A stretch of DNA of 64,000 nucleotides from Archaeoglobaceae archaeon (lineage in GTDB: Archaea > Halobacteriota > Archaeoglobi > Archaeoglobales > Archaeoglobaceae), in contig JAVZNF010000003.1 of the NCBI GenBank assembly GCA_038882935.1, forward strand, positions 1 to 64,000. Reading direction: 5' to 3'. This document shows positions 1-9,633 of the stretch, piece after piece. The stretch's first letter is position 1; each line of letters begins with the position of its first letter. A program made the translations under genes and the position numbers. Under the pieces are notes generated by a model. The model did not search any database. It was not told the origin of the DNA and was given only the letters and a program-made list of their open reading frames with translations.

Positions 1-1223
1 GGCAAAATGTTTCCCTCGTCGTCGACAACGACTGCAAGCGTATCTGGCATTGGAATGCCGATGCTTCCCTCTTTGTTCAATCCGTAAAGCGGGTTTGCAT
101 GCGTAACTGGTGAGGTTTCGCTTAAACCGTAACCTTCAACGAGCTTTCCTCCGGTAGCACTTTCGAAGTTTCTCTTGAGCTCCAGTGGCAACGGTGCAGC
201 TCCGCTTATACAAGCTCTGATGGATGATATGTTGTATTTCTTCCTCTCTGGGAAGTTCAAAACCGCGGCATACATCGTCGGAACACCGCAAAATATCGAG
301 ACCTTGTATTTGTCTATGAACTTCAGAATTGTCTTTATGTCCCTTGGATCCGGAACGAGGACGATTGTAGCGCCAAAGGCGATGGGTGCGTTGAGCGAGG
401 TTGTCATACCGTAGCTGTGGAAATACGGGAGGACTCCGATGTATACGTCGCTCTCCGGGTTCTTGTCTGGGAGCCACTCAAGAACTTGATAAGTGTTCGC
501 AACCAAGTTGTAGTGCGTGCTCATAACAGCCTTTGGCACACCAGTCGTTCCGCCTGTATAGAGAAATACTGCGACGTCTTCTTTCGGATTTATCGTTGGT
601 CTTTCCCTTGAAGGAGGATGTTTCACGACTTCGTTCCAAAATGCGACGTCTCCTCTTTTCTCAATCTTAACTTTCTGCTTTTTGAGTGGATACAATACGT
701 TGAGCGGGAAGGGCAAGAAGTCCTCGATCTTGCAGATGATCGCCTTCTTGAGTTTTCCCTCATTTAGTATTTTTTCTATTCTCGGATAAACCATCTCGAT
801 GAAGAAACCCGCTTCCGCTTCACTGTTCTCGACTATGTATCTAATCTCCCTCTCCGTGTAGAGCGGATTGCACTGCACAACAGTCGCACCAGTCTTAAGG
901 ACTCCGTAGTAAGCAATGACATAGTGCGGTGTATTCGGAAGATCGAGAACGACTTTGCTTCCTTTCCTTATCCCAAGGCTGTAAAGATACCCCGCAACTC
1001 GATCACTCAACTCATTCAGTTCTTTGTAGCTTATTTTTTTACCGTAAAAAATCAGTGCAGTCTTGTTTGGATTCTTTTTTGCACTTTCTTCGAGCAAGCT
1101 GTAGAGAGGTATCTCTGGGTAGTCTATGTGATCCCGAACGCCCTTGTCGTAGTGCTTTACCCATATCCGCTTAACTTCCTCAGGTCGAACTTCCATTATC
1201 GATTTTCCCTCGACTCCAAGCAT
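1..1223 (-). CDS. AMP-forming acyl-CoA synthetase / fatty-acid CoA ligase; 5' part of the gene, with its 3' end beyond the window edge
   Basis: Hand translation of the minus strand from the ATG at 1223-1221 gives MLGVEGKSIMEVRPEEVKRIWVKHYDKGVRDHIDYPEIPLYSLLEES... and downstream LYTGGTTGVPKAVMSTHYNLVANT (AMP-binding motif I) and GYGLSETSP (motif II). The frame stays open to position 1. Confidence 0.8.
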   Translation of the reverse strand, partial: MLGVEGKSIMEVRPEEVKRIWVKHYDKGVRDHIDYPEIPLYSLLEESAKKNPNKTALIFYGKKISYKELNELSDRVAGYLYSLGIRKGSKVVLDLPNTPHYVIAYYGVLKTGATVVQCNPLYTEREIRYIVENSEAEAGFFIEMVYPRIEKILNEGKLKKAIICKIEDFLPFPLNVLYPLKKQKVKIEKRGDVAFWNEVVKHPPSRERPTINPKEDVAVFLYTGGTTGVPKAVMSTHYNLVANTYQVLEWLPDKNPESDVYIGVLPYFHSYGMTTSLNAPIAFGATIVLVPDPRDIKTILKFIDKYKVSIFCGVPTMYAAVLNFPERKKYNISSIRACISGAAPLPLELKRNFESATGGKLVEGYGLSETSPVTHANPLYGLNKEGSIGIPMPDTLAVVVDDEGNIL

Positions 1224-1324
1224 GTGCACCCCTTCAAAGAATAAGTATAAATATCTTTTGACATCGACGCTTTTCGTTCGCGTGGATTTACAAAAGGTTA
1301 TTAAGTCGAAAGATCAGTGGCGAT

Positions 1325-2617
1325 GTGGAACTTGGCTGTCTTTCATTGTCACATAAAAAGGCGAAGGTTGAGGAGATAGAGAGAATCGTTAAAGATCCCA
1401 ATCTCCTTCTCATCTTGAAATCATACTCCTTCTCCGAATTCGCCCTTTTAACGACCTGTAACAGGTTCGAAGTCTATGCTTATAGCGACGAGGTTGCTTT
1501 AAAGCTTGAAAAATTAGCCAAAGAGCTCGGAATCGAAAATGCAGAGCTTTACATCGGTGAAGATTGCCTGCGCCACTTAATGCGAGTCTGCGCTGGTATA
1601 GAGTCGATGATCGTTGGGGAAAACGAGATCCTTGGACAAGTAAAGAGATCGATTTGCAGATGCGAAAACCTCGGCTTCGCGGGCGAGAATCTGAAGAGAA
1701 TTTTCTCAAAGGCTATTCAAGTCGGTAGTAAGGTTCGCAGAGAGACTGAAATATCAAAAAGAGCTTTGAGCATAGGTTCTGCAGCGGTTGAACTTGCGGA
1801 AAAGGTTCTCGGGTCTCTGCAAGGAAAGAAAGTTCTCGTTGTCGGCGCTGGAGAGATGGGGGAACTCGTGGCGAGGTCGATAAGGAAAGATGTGGAAACG
1901 ATCTTCATCGCAAATCGCACGTTCTCGAAAGCTGAAATGCTTGCGAAGAGGTTAAACGGAACTGCAGTCAAATTCGACAGACTCGAGGAATTCTTAAGGA
2001 TTTGCGATGTCGTGATCTCAGCAACTTCTGCACCACACGTCGTAATAACGAAGGAGATCGTAGAAAGGGCTATGAGCAAAAGAGAGAGAAAACTTGTCAT
2101 CATCGACATCGCATTGCCGAGGGACGTAGAAGATGCTGTGAAACTAATTCCAAACGTCGAACTATTCACAATAGACGACTTGAGAGAAATAAGCGAAAGA
2201 AATCTCACATCAAGACTTTCAGAAGTGAAGAAGGTTGAAGAGATAATAGAGAAGGAGCTTGAGCATTTTAAACTATACTGGAAAGAGCTTGAAGCGAAAA
2301 GGGCGATAGATGCGATGTATTCCCTCGCAGGAAAGTTCATAGATGAAGAAGTTGAAGAGTTGTGTGCAAAGCTCAAAAAGCTTGGGGTAAATGGGAATGT
2401 GAAACCCATGATTAAAGCGTTCGCGATCTCGCTCATAAAGAAGTTCTTGAGCGAGCCGACTGAGAAACTGAAAATTGCAGCGAGAAATGGAGACTTGGAG
2501 CTAATAAATGCGATTGTAGAGGTGTTTGGGGATGGTAAAGTTTCCAGAGTTGAGAATGAGAAGGCTGAGGAAGGAAAATCTAAGAGCGTTGTTTCGGGAA
2601 TCGAGGCTCAGGACTGA
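1325..2617 (+). CDS. hemA: glutamyl-tRNA reductase
   Basis: 430 aa with a GTG start. The N-terminus [19 protein letters not shown] resembles the usual HemA N-terminus (LSHKTAPVEIRE), followed by [10 protein letters not shown] and the NAD-binding [10 protein letters not shown]. Confidence 0.9.
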   Translation: MELGCLSLSHKKAKVEEIERIVKDPNLLLILKSYSFSEFALLTTCNRFEVYAYSDEVALKLEKLAKELGIENAELYIGEDCLRHLMRVCAGIESMIVGENEILGQVKRSICRCENLGFAGENLKRIFSKAIQVGSKVRRETEISKRALSIGSAAVELAEKVLGSLQGKKVLVVGAGEMGELVARSIRKDVETIFIANRTFSKAEMLAKRLNGTAVKFDRLEEFLRICDVVISATSAPHVVITKEIVERAMSKRERKLVIIDIALPRDVEDAVKLIPNVELFTIDDLREISERNLTSRLSEVKKVEEIIEKELEHFKLYWKELEAKRAIDAMYSLAGKFIDEEVEELCAKLKKLGVNGNVKPMIKAFAISLIKKFLSEPTEKLKIAARNGDLELINAIVEVFGDGKVSRVENEKAEEGKSKSVVSGIEAQD

Positions 2618-3497
2618 GGAGCTTGTAGTTCCGATTTTTGTCGATGAAACTGCGAAGGAGAAAAAGGAGATTTCTTCAATGCCCGGATACTATCGCATTC
2701 CAATACACGAGGTTGCAAAAGAGGTTTCTGAATGCATGGATCTCGGACTAAAGGCTTTCATCTTTTTCGGAATCCCAAAGAAAAAAGACGAAATTGGAAG
2801 TGAAGCTTTAAACGACGACGGAGTGGTCCAAAAAGCTGTTAGACTCGCCAAGAAGGAGTTTCCCGATGCGGTAATAATAACCGACGTATGCCTTTGCGAA
2901 TACACAACCCATGGACACTGTGGAGTCGTTAAAAATGGTAGAATTTTGAACGACGAAACCCTACCAATCCTCGGGAAAATCGCTGTAAGTCACGCAAAGG
3001 CTGGAGCGGACATCGTTGCGCCCTCGGGAATGATGGATGGAATGGTAAAGGCAATAAGAGTTGCGCTTGACGGCGAAGGATTTAGTGACGTCGCAATAAT
3101 GAGCTACGCTGCGAAGTTTGCATCGAATTTTTACTCACCTTTCAGGGAAGCTGCTGAAAGCGGTTACAAGTTCGGAGATCGAAAAACTTACCAGATGGAC
3201 TTCCACAACAGCAACGAAGCACTAAGAGAGATCGAACTTGACATCAACGAGGGCGCAGATATCGTTATGGTGAAACCTGCGCTTGCTTACTTGGATGTGA
3301 TCCGAAGAGCGAGAGAGAAATTCTTGGTCCCATTGGCTGCATACAACGTAAGCGGTGAATACGCGATGGTGAAATCTGCGATCGAAAGAGGTTGGCTGAG
3401 CAAGGATGCGATTTACGAAATCCTCATTGCGATAAAAAGGGCAGGGGCAGATTTAATAATCACTTATCATGCGAAGGAAGTTGCGGAACATCTCTGA
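2532..3497 (+). CDS. hemB: porphobilinogen synthase (delta-aminolevulinate dehydratase)
   Basis: N-terminal [13 protein letters not shown] matches the HemB signature (RPRRLR). The protein is about 320 aa. The start is 2526 or 2532 and overlaps the hemA 3' end by 86-92 nt. Confidence 0.9.
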   Translation: MVKFPELRMRRLRKENLRALFRESRLRTEELVVPIFVDETAKEKKEISSMPGYYRIPIHEVAKEVSECMDLGLKAFIFFGIPKKKDEIGSEALNDDGVVQKAVRLAKKEFPDAVIITDVCLCEYTTHGHCGVVKNGRILNDETLPILGKIAVSHAKAGADIVAPSGMMDGMVKAIRVALDGEGFSDVAIMSYAAKFASNFYSPFREAAESGYKFGDRKTYQMDFHNSNEALREIELDINEGADIVMVKPALAYLDVIRRAREKFLVPLAAYNVSGEYAMVKSAIERGWLSKDAIYEILIAIKRAGADLIITYHAKEVAEHL

Positions 3498-3533
3498 GCT
3501 AATTTTATATTCTAAAACTTCGTAGGACTTGCG

Positions 3534-4538
3534 ATGAAGGTCGACATCGAAAAGCTTAGATTTGGCACCGAGCTTGTGAAGCGCGGATTTGCGAAGATGC
3601 AGAAGGGAGGAGTCATAATGGATGTTACGAACGCAGAGCAGGCAATAATTGCGGAAGAGGCAGGAGCGGTTGCGGTAATGGCTCTGCACAAGGTTCCAGC
3701 AGATATTAGGGCGAGCGGAGGGGTTGCAAGGATGGCGGATCCCAAGAAGATCGAAGAGATAATGGATGCAGTTACGATTCCAGTAATGGCAAAGTGCAGA
3801 ATTGGACACATCGCAGAGGCAAGAGCTTTGGAGGCATTGGGAGTTGATATGATTGACGAAAGCGAAGTACTAACACCTGCGGATACGTTCTTCCACATAT
3901 ACAAGAAAGACTTCACGGTTCCGTTCGTCTGCGGGGCAAGGAGTTTGGGCGAAGCCGTGCGAAGGATCTGGGAAGGCGCTGCAATGATAAGAACAAAAGG
4001 TGAAGCAGGAACTGGAAACGTTGTTGAAGCTGTGAAGCACATGCGCATAATAAATCACGCTATCTACTTGGTTCAGAACGTAAGCGAAGAAAAGCTCTAC
4101 TCCGTAGCGGAGAAGTTTGCTTCACGCTACTTGGAGCTTTCGAGACTCGTTAAGGATGAAATTGCCCTGGAGATTGAAAAAGAGATCGTCTACGAGAGAT
4201 TTACGTTTGACGAAATCGTAGATGGAATCTACGAAATACTACTTGAAATTAGAGATCTCGGAAGGCTTCCAGTTGTGAACTTCGCAGCCGGTGGCGTTGC
4301 AACTCCAGCCGATGCTGCGCTGATGATGCGCCTTGGCGCTGATGGAGTTTTCGTTGGTTCTGGAATCTTCAAGTCCTCAAATCCGCAAAAGTTTGCAAAA
4401 GCGATAGTTGAAGCAGTACAGCACTACGATGAGCCAGAAGTTGTTGCAGAAGTGTCAAAAGATCTCGGAGAGGCTATGAAGGGCGTTGAAGTTTCAAAAC
4501 TGAGCGAAAACGAGCTCTTGCAGACAAGGGGAGTATGA
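3534..4538 (+). CDS. pdxS: pyridoxal 5'-phosphate synthase, lyase subunit
   Basis: 334 aa. N-terminus [42 protein letters not shown] is typical PdxS/SNZ. Confidence 0.93.
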   Translation: MKVDIEKLRFGTELVKRGFAKMQKGGVIMDVTNAEQAIIAEEAGAVAVMALHKVPADIRASGGVARMADPKKIEEIMDAVTIPVMAKCRIGHIAEARALEALGVDMIDESEVLTPADTFFHIYKKDFTVPFVCGARSLGEAVRRIWEGAAMIRTKGEAGTGNVVEAVKHMRIINHAIYLVQNVSEEKLYSVAEKFASRYLELSRLVKDEIALEIEKEIVYERFTFDEIVDGIYEILLEIRDLGRLPVVNFAAGGVATPADAALMMRLGADGVFVGSGIFKSSNPQKFAKAIVEAVQHYDEPEVVAEVSKDLGEAMKGVEVSKLSENELLQTRGV

Positions 4539-5125
4539 GAGTAGCGGTCGTCGGTGTCCAAGGCGACGTTGAAGAGCATGTTTTAGCAACGAAAATGGCG
4601 ATGAAAAATCTTGGAATAGATGGCGAGGTTGTTGCGGTGAGGAAAAGTGGTATAGTTTCAAAAAGCGACGCAGTCATAATTCCTGGCGGGGAGAGCACGA
4701 CGATAAGCAAGTTAATCTTCGCAGATTCTATCTCAAAGGAGATTGTAGAACTCGCAGAAATCGGAAAACCTGTGATGGGGACTTGCGCTGGTTTGATCGT
4801 ACTCTCAAAGTTTGGAGACGAACAAGTGGCGAAAACGAGAACAAAACTTCTCAAACTCCTAGATGTTAAAGTCAAGAGAAACGCCTTTGGTAGGCAAAGA
4901 GAGAGCTTTCAAACAAAGCTTGAGATGAAAAAAGTTGGAGAAGTTGATGCGATCTTTATAAGGGCCCCGATTATCGAAGAGGTTGGCAAAGACGTTGAGA
5001 TCCTCGCAGAGTTCGAGGGAAAGATAGTTGCGGTTCAACAGGGAAAGATCCTCGGCTTAGCTTTCCATCCTGAGCTTTCGACAACAAAGGTGCACGAGTT
5101 CTTTTTAAGTCTTGCTGAGCCTTAG
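4535..5125 (+). CDS. pdxT: PLP synthase glutaminase subunit
   Basis: 196 aa beginning [15 protein letters not shown], with a GTCAG nucleophile elbow. ATGA overlap with the pdxS stop. Confidence 0.9.
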   Translation: MRVAVVGVQGDVEEHVLATKMAMKNLGIDGEVVAVRKSGIVSKSDAVIIPGGESTTISKLIFADSISKEIVELAEIGKPVMGTCAGLIVLSKFGDEQVAKTRTKLLKLLDVKVKRNAFGRQRESFQTKLEMKKVGEVDAIFIRAPIIEEVGKDVEILAEFEGKIVAVQQGKILGLAFHPELSTTKVHEFFLSLAEP

Positions 5126-5187
5126 GTTTTTAGGGGGCGTTTGTCGCTAAAGCCCAAAACTGCTCAGGTATCGGGATAGAAGGAGAA

Positions 5188-5244
5188 AATTATAAATATC
5201 TTAAACACGCAATACTAACAATTTAAATATTAGGAGGTGAAAGT
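5188..5244 (+). promoter_or_regulatory. A/T-rich TATA-like element (aattataaatatc) followed by a Shine-Dalgarno sequence GGAGGTGA 5 nt before the ATG at 5245
   Basis: Read directly from the sequence. A second TATA-like tttaaatatt lies at 5222-5231. Confidence 0.45.
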
Positions 5245-6132
5245 ATGGAACTCGAACTGACCCAGATCCAGAAAGATATACTGTATGCGCTGATAACGCT
5301 TTACAAGAAGAAGTCTGGTGGCTCTATAAAAGGGGAGGAAATTGCAGAGCTGATTAACAGAAACCCTGGCACTGTAAGAAACCAGATGCAAGCTTTGAGG
5401 GCTCTTGGACTCGTAGAAGGCGTTCCAGGACCAAAAGGTGGCTATAGACCGACCTCAAAAGCTTATGAGTTGCTTTCGATTACAAAACCAGAGGAGAGCG
5501 TTGTTGTCCCAGTGATAATAAACGACACCGTCGCCGAAGATCTCTCAGTCGAAGAGATCGATTTACCATCGATATCCCATCCAGAGATTTGTCAAGCGAG
5601 AGTAAGACTACTTGGAGACATAAAGAAGATCGCCCCAGGAGACAGGGTTACGTTTGGTCCTACGCCTGTAAACGAGATCGTAATTTCGGGCAAAGTTGTT
5701 GGCAGAGACGACACTGCAAACACCGTGATTGTAGACATCGAAAAAATCGTAGCCTTGCCAAAAGATACAGTAGGCGAGCATATGAGCTCTCCAATAATAA
5801 CGATCGATGCGGATGCGAAAGTTATCGATGGTGCAAAGCTCTTGGCTGAAAAACAAATCTATTGTGTTCCAGTGAAGAAAGACGGAAAATTCGTTGGCAT
5901 TTTAACGCTCGACCACATCACAAAGGCTGTCGCTGAAGGTAAGCTCGAAGCAAAGGTAGAGGAAGTGATGAGACCAAAGATCGTGCTCGTTGAAAAAGAC
6001 ACAAAAATAAGGGAAGCGATTAGACTCATGAGAGACGAAAAAGTCAGAATTCTCGTCGTTACGGACAAAGGCGAGCCTGTTGGTGTGATAACAGACCAAA
6101 AAATTTTGACGAAGCTCGCACCAGAGCAATAG
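5245..6132 (+). CDS. transcriptional regulator with an N-terminal winged-HTH and a C-terminal CBS-domain pair
   Basis: 295 aa. N-terminus QKDILYALITLYKKKSGGSIKGEEIAELINRNPGTVRNQMQALRALGLVEG is wHTH-like. The C-terminal IYCVPVKKDGKFVGILTLDHITKA and VRILVVTDKGEPVGVITDQKIL are CBS motifs. Confidence 0.7.
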   Translation: MELELTQIQKDILYALITLYKKKSGGSIKGEEIAELINRNPGTVRNQMQALRALGLVEGVPGPKGGYRPTSKAYELLSITKPEESVVVPVIINDTVAEDLSVEEIDLPSISHPEICQARVRLLGDIKKIAPGDRVTFGPTPVNEIVISGKVVGRDDTANTVIVDIEKIVALPKDTVGEHMSSPIITIDADAKVIDGAKLLAEKQIYCVPVKKDGKFVGILTLDHITKAVAEGKLEAKVEEVMRPKIVLVEKDTKIREAIRLMRDEKVRILVVTDKGEPVGVITDQKILTKLAPEQ

Positions 6133-6136
6133 TTTT

Positions 6137-6865
6137 TTATTCAAAACCTTTTATAAATGCTCTTACGTTTTTTCCGAGAACTCGATGATTATAACCGCCC
6201 TCGAGAACTGCAAAGCGCTTTGCATTTCTCTTTTCACAAATCTCGGCAATTATCTTCCCAATCTCCGTGTAGTCTTCGGTTTCAAGCAAACCTCCCCAGT
6301 CTTCTTTGTGCCTATCAAAACCCGCAGAGACAGCGACGACTTCGAAATCGCTTCCTTTGAGAAAATCCTCTATGCCTCCGATGTTATTACCGCTCATGTG
6401 GTAATACTTAACGCTCTCATCACCTCTGAAAACGTTCGCAGTTCCATCGCCAAAGTGAAGATCGAAGTCGACGATTACTGCGCTCTTAACTTTCCCTTCC
6501 ACGAGCATCTTCCTCACCGCGATTGCTACATTGTTAAAGTAGCAGAAACCCCAGGCACTGTCTGGACTTGCATGATGCCCTGGAGGGCGTATCAGAGCAA
6601 ACGCTGGCTCTGCAAAAGCGATTTTTGAAGCTAAGATTGCTCCACCGACTGCGAGCATTGCAACATCGAACACTTCTCCTTCGCTTTTCACGAACTCGTA
6701 GTGTGCCTTTGTGTGAACGAGGAGTATATCGTCTTCCGTTGCTTTCTCGGGCTGAACAAACTCGTAATCCCTTAGCTCCCGAACAATTGCTTCCATCCTT
6801 CCAGCTTCAGCGGCTGGATCGGATGCGTAAACCTTGTAGAAATCTGGATGGAACACGATTTTCAT
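6137..6865 (-). CDS. compact HDAC-family (arginase/deacetylase fold) amidohydrolase, acetoin-utilisation/acetylpolyamine-amidohydrolase-like
   Basis: 242 aa with RPPGHHA, GFCYFNNVAIA, DFDLHFGDG, SAGFD and LEGGYN motifs. Confidence 0.8.
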   Translation of the reverse strand: MKIVFHPDFYKVYASDPAAEAGRMEAIVRELRDYEFVQPEKATEDDILLVHTKAHYEFVKSEGEVFDVAMLAVGGAILASKIAFAEPAFALIRPPGHHASPDSAWGFCYFNNVAIAVRKMLVEGKVKSAVIVDFDLHFGDGTANVFRGDESVKYYHMSGNNIGGIEDFLKGSDFEVVAVSAGFDRHKEDWGGLLETEDYTEIGKIIAEICEKRNAKRFAVLEGGYNHRVLGKNVRAFIKGFE

Positions 6866-7659
6866 AATCCTATTTGGCTCGAGTTAAAATCTCTTTTGCT
6901 AACGTTCAGGAGCTCGTGATATGCGTCGACGTTTCTATCGGTTAAGGAGTAGTTTCGTTTTCTGTATTCCCTTATCCTCTCGAGGTCGAGCTCGGAAACG
7001 ATCGCTTCTTCGCAATCTTCACGCTTACTCTTCGCCAATATCCCATCGAAACTCGCAATCAAGCTCCTTCCAACGACTTCTGCTCCTGTGAAAGTTCTGC
7101 CGAAACCACCAGCTTTCACTATAGCGTAACAGTTGTCGAAGGATCTTGCGAAGTATAGGCAATGCCTAAGCTCTGTTCCAGGGAGATCGGAGTGTTTGAA
7201 AGACACAACTGGGTTCAAAGCTACTTCCACACCTTTAAGTCCAGCAACTCTACAGAGCTCCGGGTAAAGAATGTCTGCACAAACCAAAATGCAAAACTTC
7301 GCTTTCCTCACACTAAATACGTTCAATGCTTTCCCCGGGCTTATACCAAGAACTCTTTCGGTCTTAGTTGGGTGTATCTTGTCCTGATATGCAACCGCAT
7401 CTCCGTTGTCGAAAACAACTGCCCTGTTGTAGATCGTTTCCGCCTTATAAACAACGTTCCCAACCGCAACGACTTTGAATTCCCTGCTAATCCTCTTCAA
7501 AAAATCGATCGTCTTCTCGCTGATTGTAAGCGATAGTTCAGCGTAGGAAAAGTATTCCGGGAAAAGTAATATCTCAGCGCCTTTTTCGATTGCGCTCAAC
7601 GCTGTTTTCTCAGCACTTTTCATGTCTCCGATTCTGCATTGGATTGCCGAAACTTTCAA
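6862..7659 (-). CDS. carbon-nitrogen hydrolase (nitrilase superfamily)
   Basis: 265 aa. MKVSAIQCRIGDM...ILLFPEYF places the catalytic Glu, and the Lys/Cys context CILVCADILYPE follows. Its stop overlaps the HDAC-like start by 4 nt. Confidence 0.8.
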   Translation of the reverse strand: MKVSAIQCRIGDMKSAEKTALSAIEKGAEILLFPEYFSYAELSLTISEKTIDFLKRISREFKVVAVGNVVYKAETIYNRAVVFDNGDAVAYQDKIHPTKTERVLGISPGKALNVFSVRKAKFCILVCADILYPELCRVAGLKGVEVALNPVVSFKHSDLPGTELRHCLYFARSFDNCYAIVKAGGFGRTFTGAEVVGRSLIASFDGILAKSKREDCEEAIVSELDLERIREYRKRNYSLTDRNVDAYHELLNVSKRDFNSSQIGL

Positions 7660-8434
7660 CTCTCCTCACCCCGCAACAATCGATCTTCGCTCTAAACGGC
7701 TCCCCAAACTCCTTCAGGGCTTCGTATCCTCTATAAGCAAAAACTGTCTTTCCAAGCATTGCCATTGTTGCAAGACCGCCTTGGCTTTCGACTGCCTCGA
7801 CCACATCTCTCACAGGCTCTATCAGCCCAGTCTCCTCAGCGAATCCCCTTGAAGTTCTGAAGAGATTTTCGAGACTCGGAAATCGCATGAACTCCTTAAT
7901 CCACTTCTTTCCAATCTCGGAGATTTTACTCCTGTTTCCCGAAAGAACCTCCTTTGTTGAGATTTGTCCGAGACTCAAGAACTCGAACTCGAAGTTCCAA
8001 GCAAACCGCTCCACAATTGCTTTCGATGGGCAACTTGCGCTTTTTCTTATCACCAAACCAGAAAAAGCCTGGGTTACGACTGTTCCAAGACCCGTGAGGT
8101 TCACGACTTCTGCCTCGTGCGCAACATCGAAATTTTCAACTGCTGGCTTGTCGGAGAGAAAAGCAGTCGCGACCGCGCATGCGCCGCTCAAGCCAAAACC
8201 ACAGCCGAGCGGAAGAGAAGTTCTCAGATCAACTCCCGGGATTTTGAGTTTCTTGAGCACAAACTCCACGGTCGGAAACTTGATTTCTTTTCCGTTGAAC
8301 CGCAGGGAGTTCGAGAGGGTTGCGTAAACACCACGATCTATCGTAAAGCTAACTCCGTAACTTCCCGAGTCTTTTGGATCCGACTTTACCTCTGGAGCGA
8401 ATATACAGCTGATCGCAGAGGGACAGAAGATCAT
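7610..8434 (-). CDS. GHMP-family kinase, most likely archaeal pantoate kinase (COG1829); alternative: GHMP-type archaeal shikimate kinase
   Basis: GHMP motif PLGCGFGLSGACAVATAFL and N-terminal FAPE...GSYGVSFTIDRG. The start at 8434 forms an ATGA overlap with the coaBC stop. The first 22 codons of the six-frame ORF (to 8500) are rejected as an extension. Confidence 0.6.
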   Translation of the reverse strand: MIFCPSAISCIFAPEVKSDPKDSGSYGVSFTIDRGVYATLSNSLRFNGKEIKFPTVEFVLKKLKIPGVDLRTSLPLGCGFGLSGACAVATAFLSDKPAVENFDVAHEAEVVNLTGLGTVVTQAFSGLVIRKSASCPSKAIVERFAWNFEFEFLSLGQISTKEVLSGNRSKISEIGKKWIKEFMRFPSLENLFRTSRGFAEETGLIEPVRDVVEAVESQGGLATMAMLGKTVFAYRGYEALKEFGEPFRAKIDCCGVRRVESFGNPMQNRRHEKC

Positions 8435-9633
8435 ACGCAATCTTCGAGATAAATCTCGACTATTTTCCTTGCAACTTCGCTTTTCATTCCCTCGATCCAC
8501 TCCGAACGCTTTTCAGTCACAACGACGACCCTTGTTTCTAAGGTGCCCATGCCCTTCTCGAGAACGTCGTTCGCAACTACCATGGAAAGCTCATCGCTCT
8601 TCAACCTTTCTTTCGCAATTCCCTCCAGCTCTTCATCGCTAATTCCCGTTTCAGCCTTAAAACCGATTATTTTCCCATTGTAGACTTTTCTAACTTCTTT
8701 TATGATCTTTGGCGCTTCTTTCAGTGTCAGAACTACTTCTTTTGCGGTTTTTATTTTCTTCTTCTCCATCTCAACAACGAAGTCAGAAGGCGCAGCTGAA
8801 GAGACAAAGAGCTCGCAATCCTTGAGCTCCGCCAAAACTGCGTTCAGCATATCCCTAACAGAAATTACCCTTATTTCTTTGAAGTTAGGTAGATCGATTC
8901 CGAAGTTCTTCGAGGTTACAAAGGCAACGCTTGCCCCCCTTCGCCATAATTCCAACGCAATCTCCTTCCCCATCAGCCCAGAGCTTTTGTTGCTGATGAA
9001 CCTGATGGGATCTATGTGCTCATAAGTCGGTCCAGCTGTCACTACAACCTTTTTTCCTGCGAATTCCTTTGGATAAAGTGCTCTCTCGACGTGGAGACAA
9101 ATTTTTTCGATGTCTGCAAACTTTGCTTTCCCTTCCTCGATTTTTGGCTCTATTATTTCGATCCCCATTTTTCTAAGCTTTTCAACGTTTTCGAGAACTC
9201 TCGGGTTTTGAATCATAGCCTCATGCATTGCTGGAGCTACCAAAATCGGCTTTCCAGACCCCAAGGCGGTGGTTGCGAAAGTCGTTACCGCCGTGTCGTC
9301 GATTCCGTTTGCAATCTTTCCAATTGTGTTCGCAGTCGAGGGCGCAATTAGGTAAAGATCCGCAATCCCATCGACGCCGAGGAATTTCACGTGCTCAACT
9401 TCGCCTGTTATCTCTGTCACAACCTTGTTTCCAGTTGCAAATTGAAGCGCATAGGGGTGGATAATCTTTGTTGCGTTCTTGCTCATCACCGCATAAACTT
9501 CAGCTCCCCTCCTTATGAGTTCTCGGGCGAGCTTCACGGCTTCGACTGCTGCAATGCTTCCAGTTACTCCAAGAACGATTTTCTTACCCCTAAGCCTTTG
9601 GCTCTTCACGCCTCTTATCCTCTCCACGTGCAT
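8431..9633 (-). CDS. coaBC: bifunctional phosphopantothenoylcysteine decarboxylase / phosphopantothenate-cysteine ligase
   Basis: 400 aa. N-terminal flavoprotein domain KKIVLGVTGSIAAVEAVKLAREL and a C-terminal DFP ligase domain. Confidence 0.9.
   Translation of the reverse strand: MHVERIRGVKSQRLRGKKIVLGVTGSIAAVEAVKLARELIRRGAEVYAVMSKNATKIIHPYALQFATGNKVVTEITGEVEHVKFLGVDGIADLYLIAPSTANTIGKIANGIDDTAVTTFATTALGSGKPILVAPAMHEAMIQNPRVLENVEKLRKMGIEIIEPKIEEGKAKFADIEKICLHVERALYPKEFAGKKVVVTAGPTYEHIDPIRFISNKSSGLMGKEIALELWRRGASVAFVTSKNFGIDLPNFKEIRVISVRDMLNAVLAELKDCELFVSSAAPSDFVVEMEKKKIKTAKEVVLTLKEAPKIIKEVRKVYNGKIIGFKAETGISDEELEGIAKERLKSDELSMVVANDVLEKGMGTLETRVVVVTEKRSEWIEGMKSEVARKIVEIYLEDCV

Noticed and set aside
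1717-2436. 239-aa ORF antisense to hemA
   Set aside because: Low-complexity Ser/Phe/Thr-rich translation typical of the antisense frame of a conserved gene. hemA on the + strand has clear family motifs.
3512-4048. 178-aa - strand ORF inside pdxS
   Set aside because: It is antisense to a highly conserved pdxS and has no motifs.
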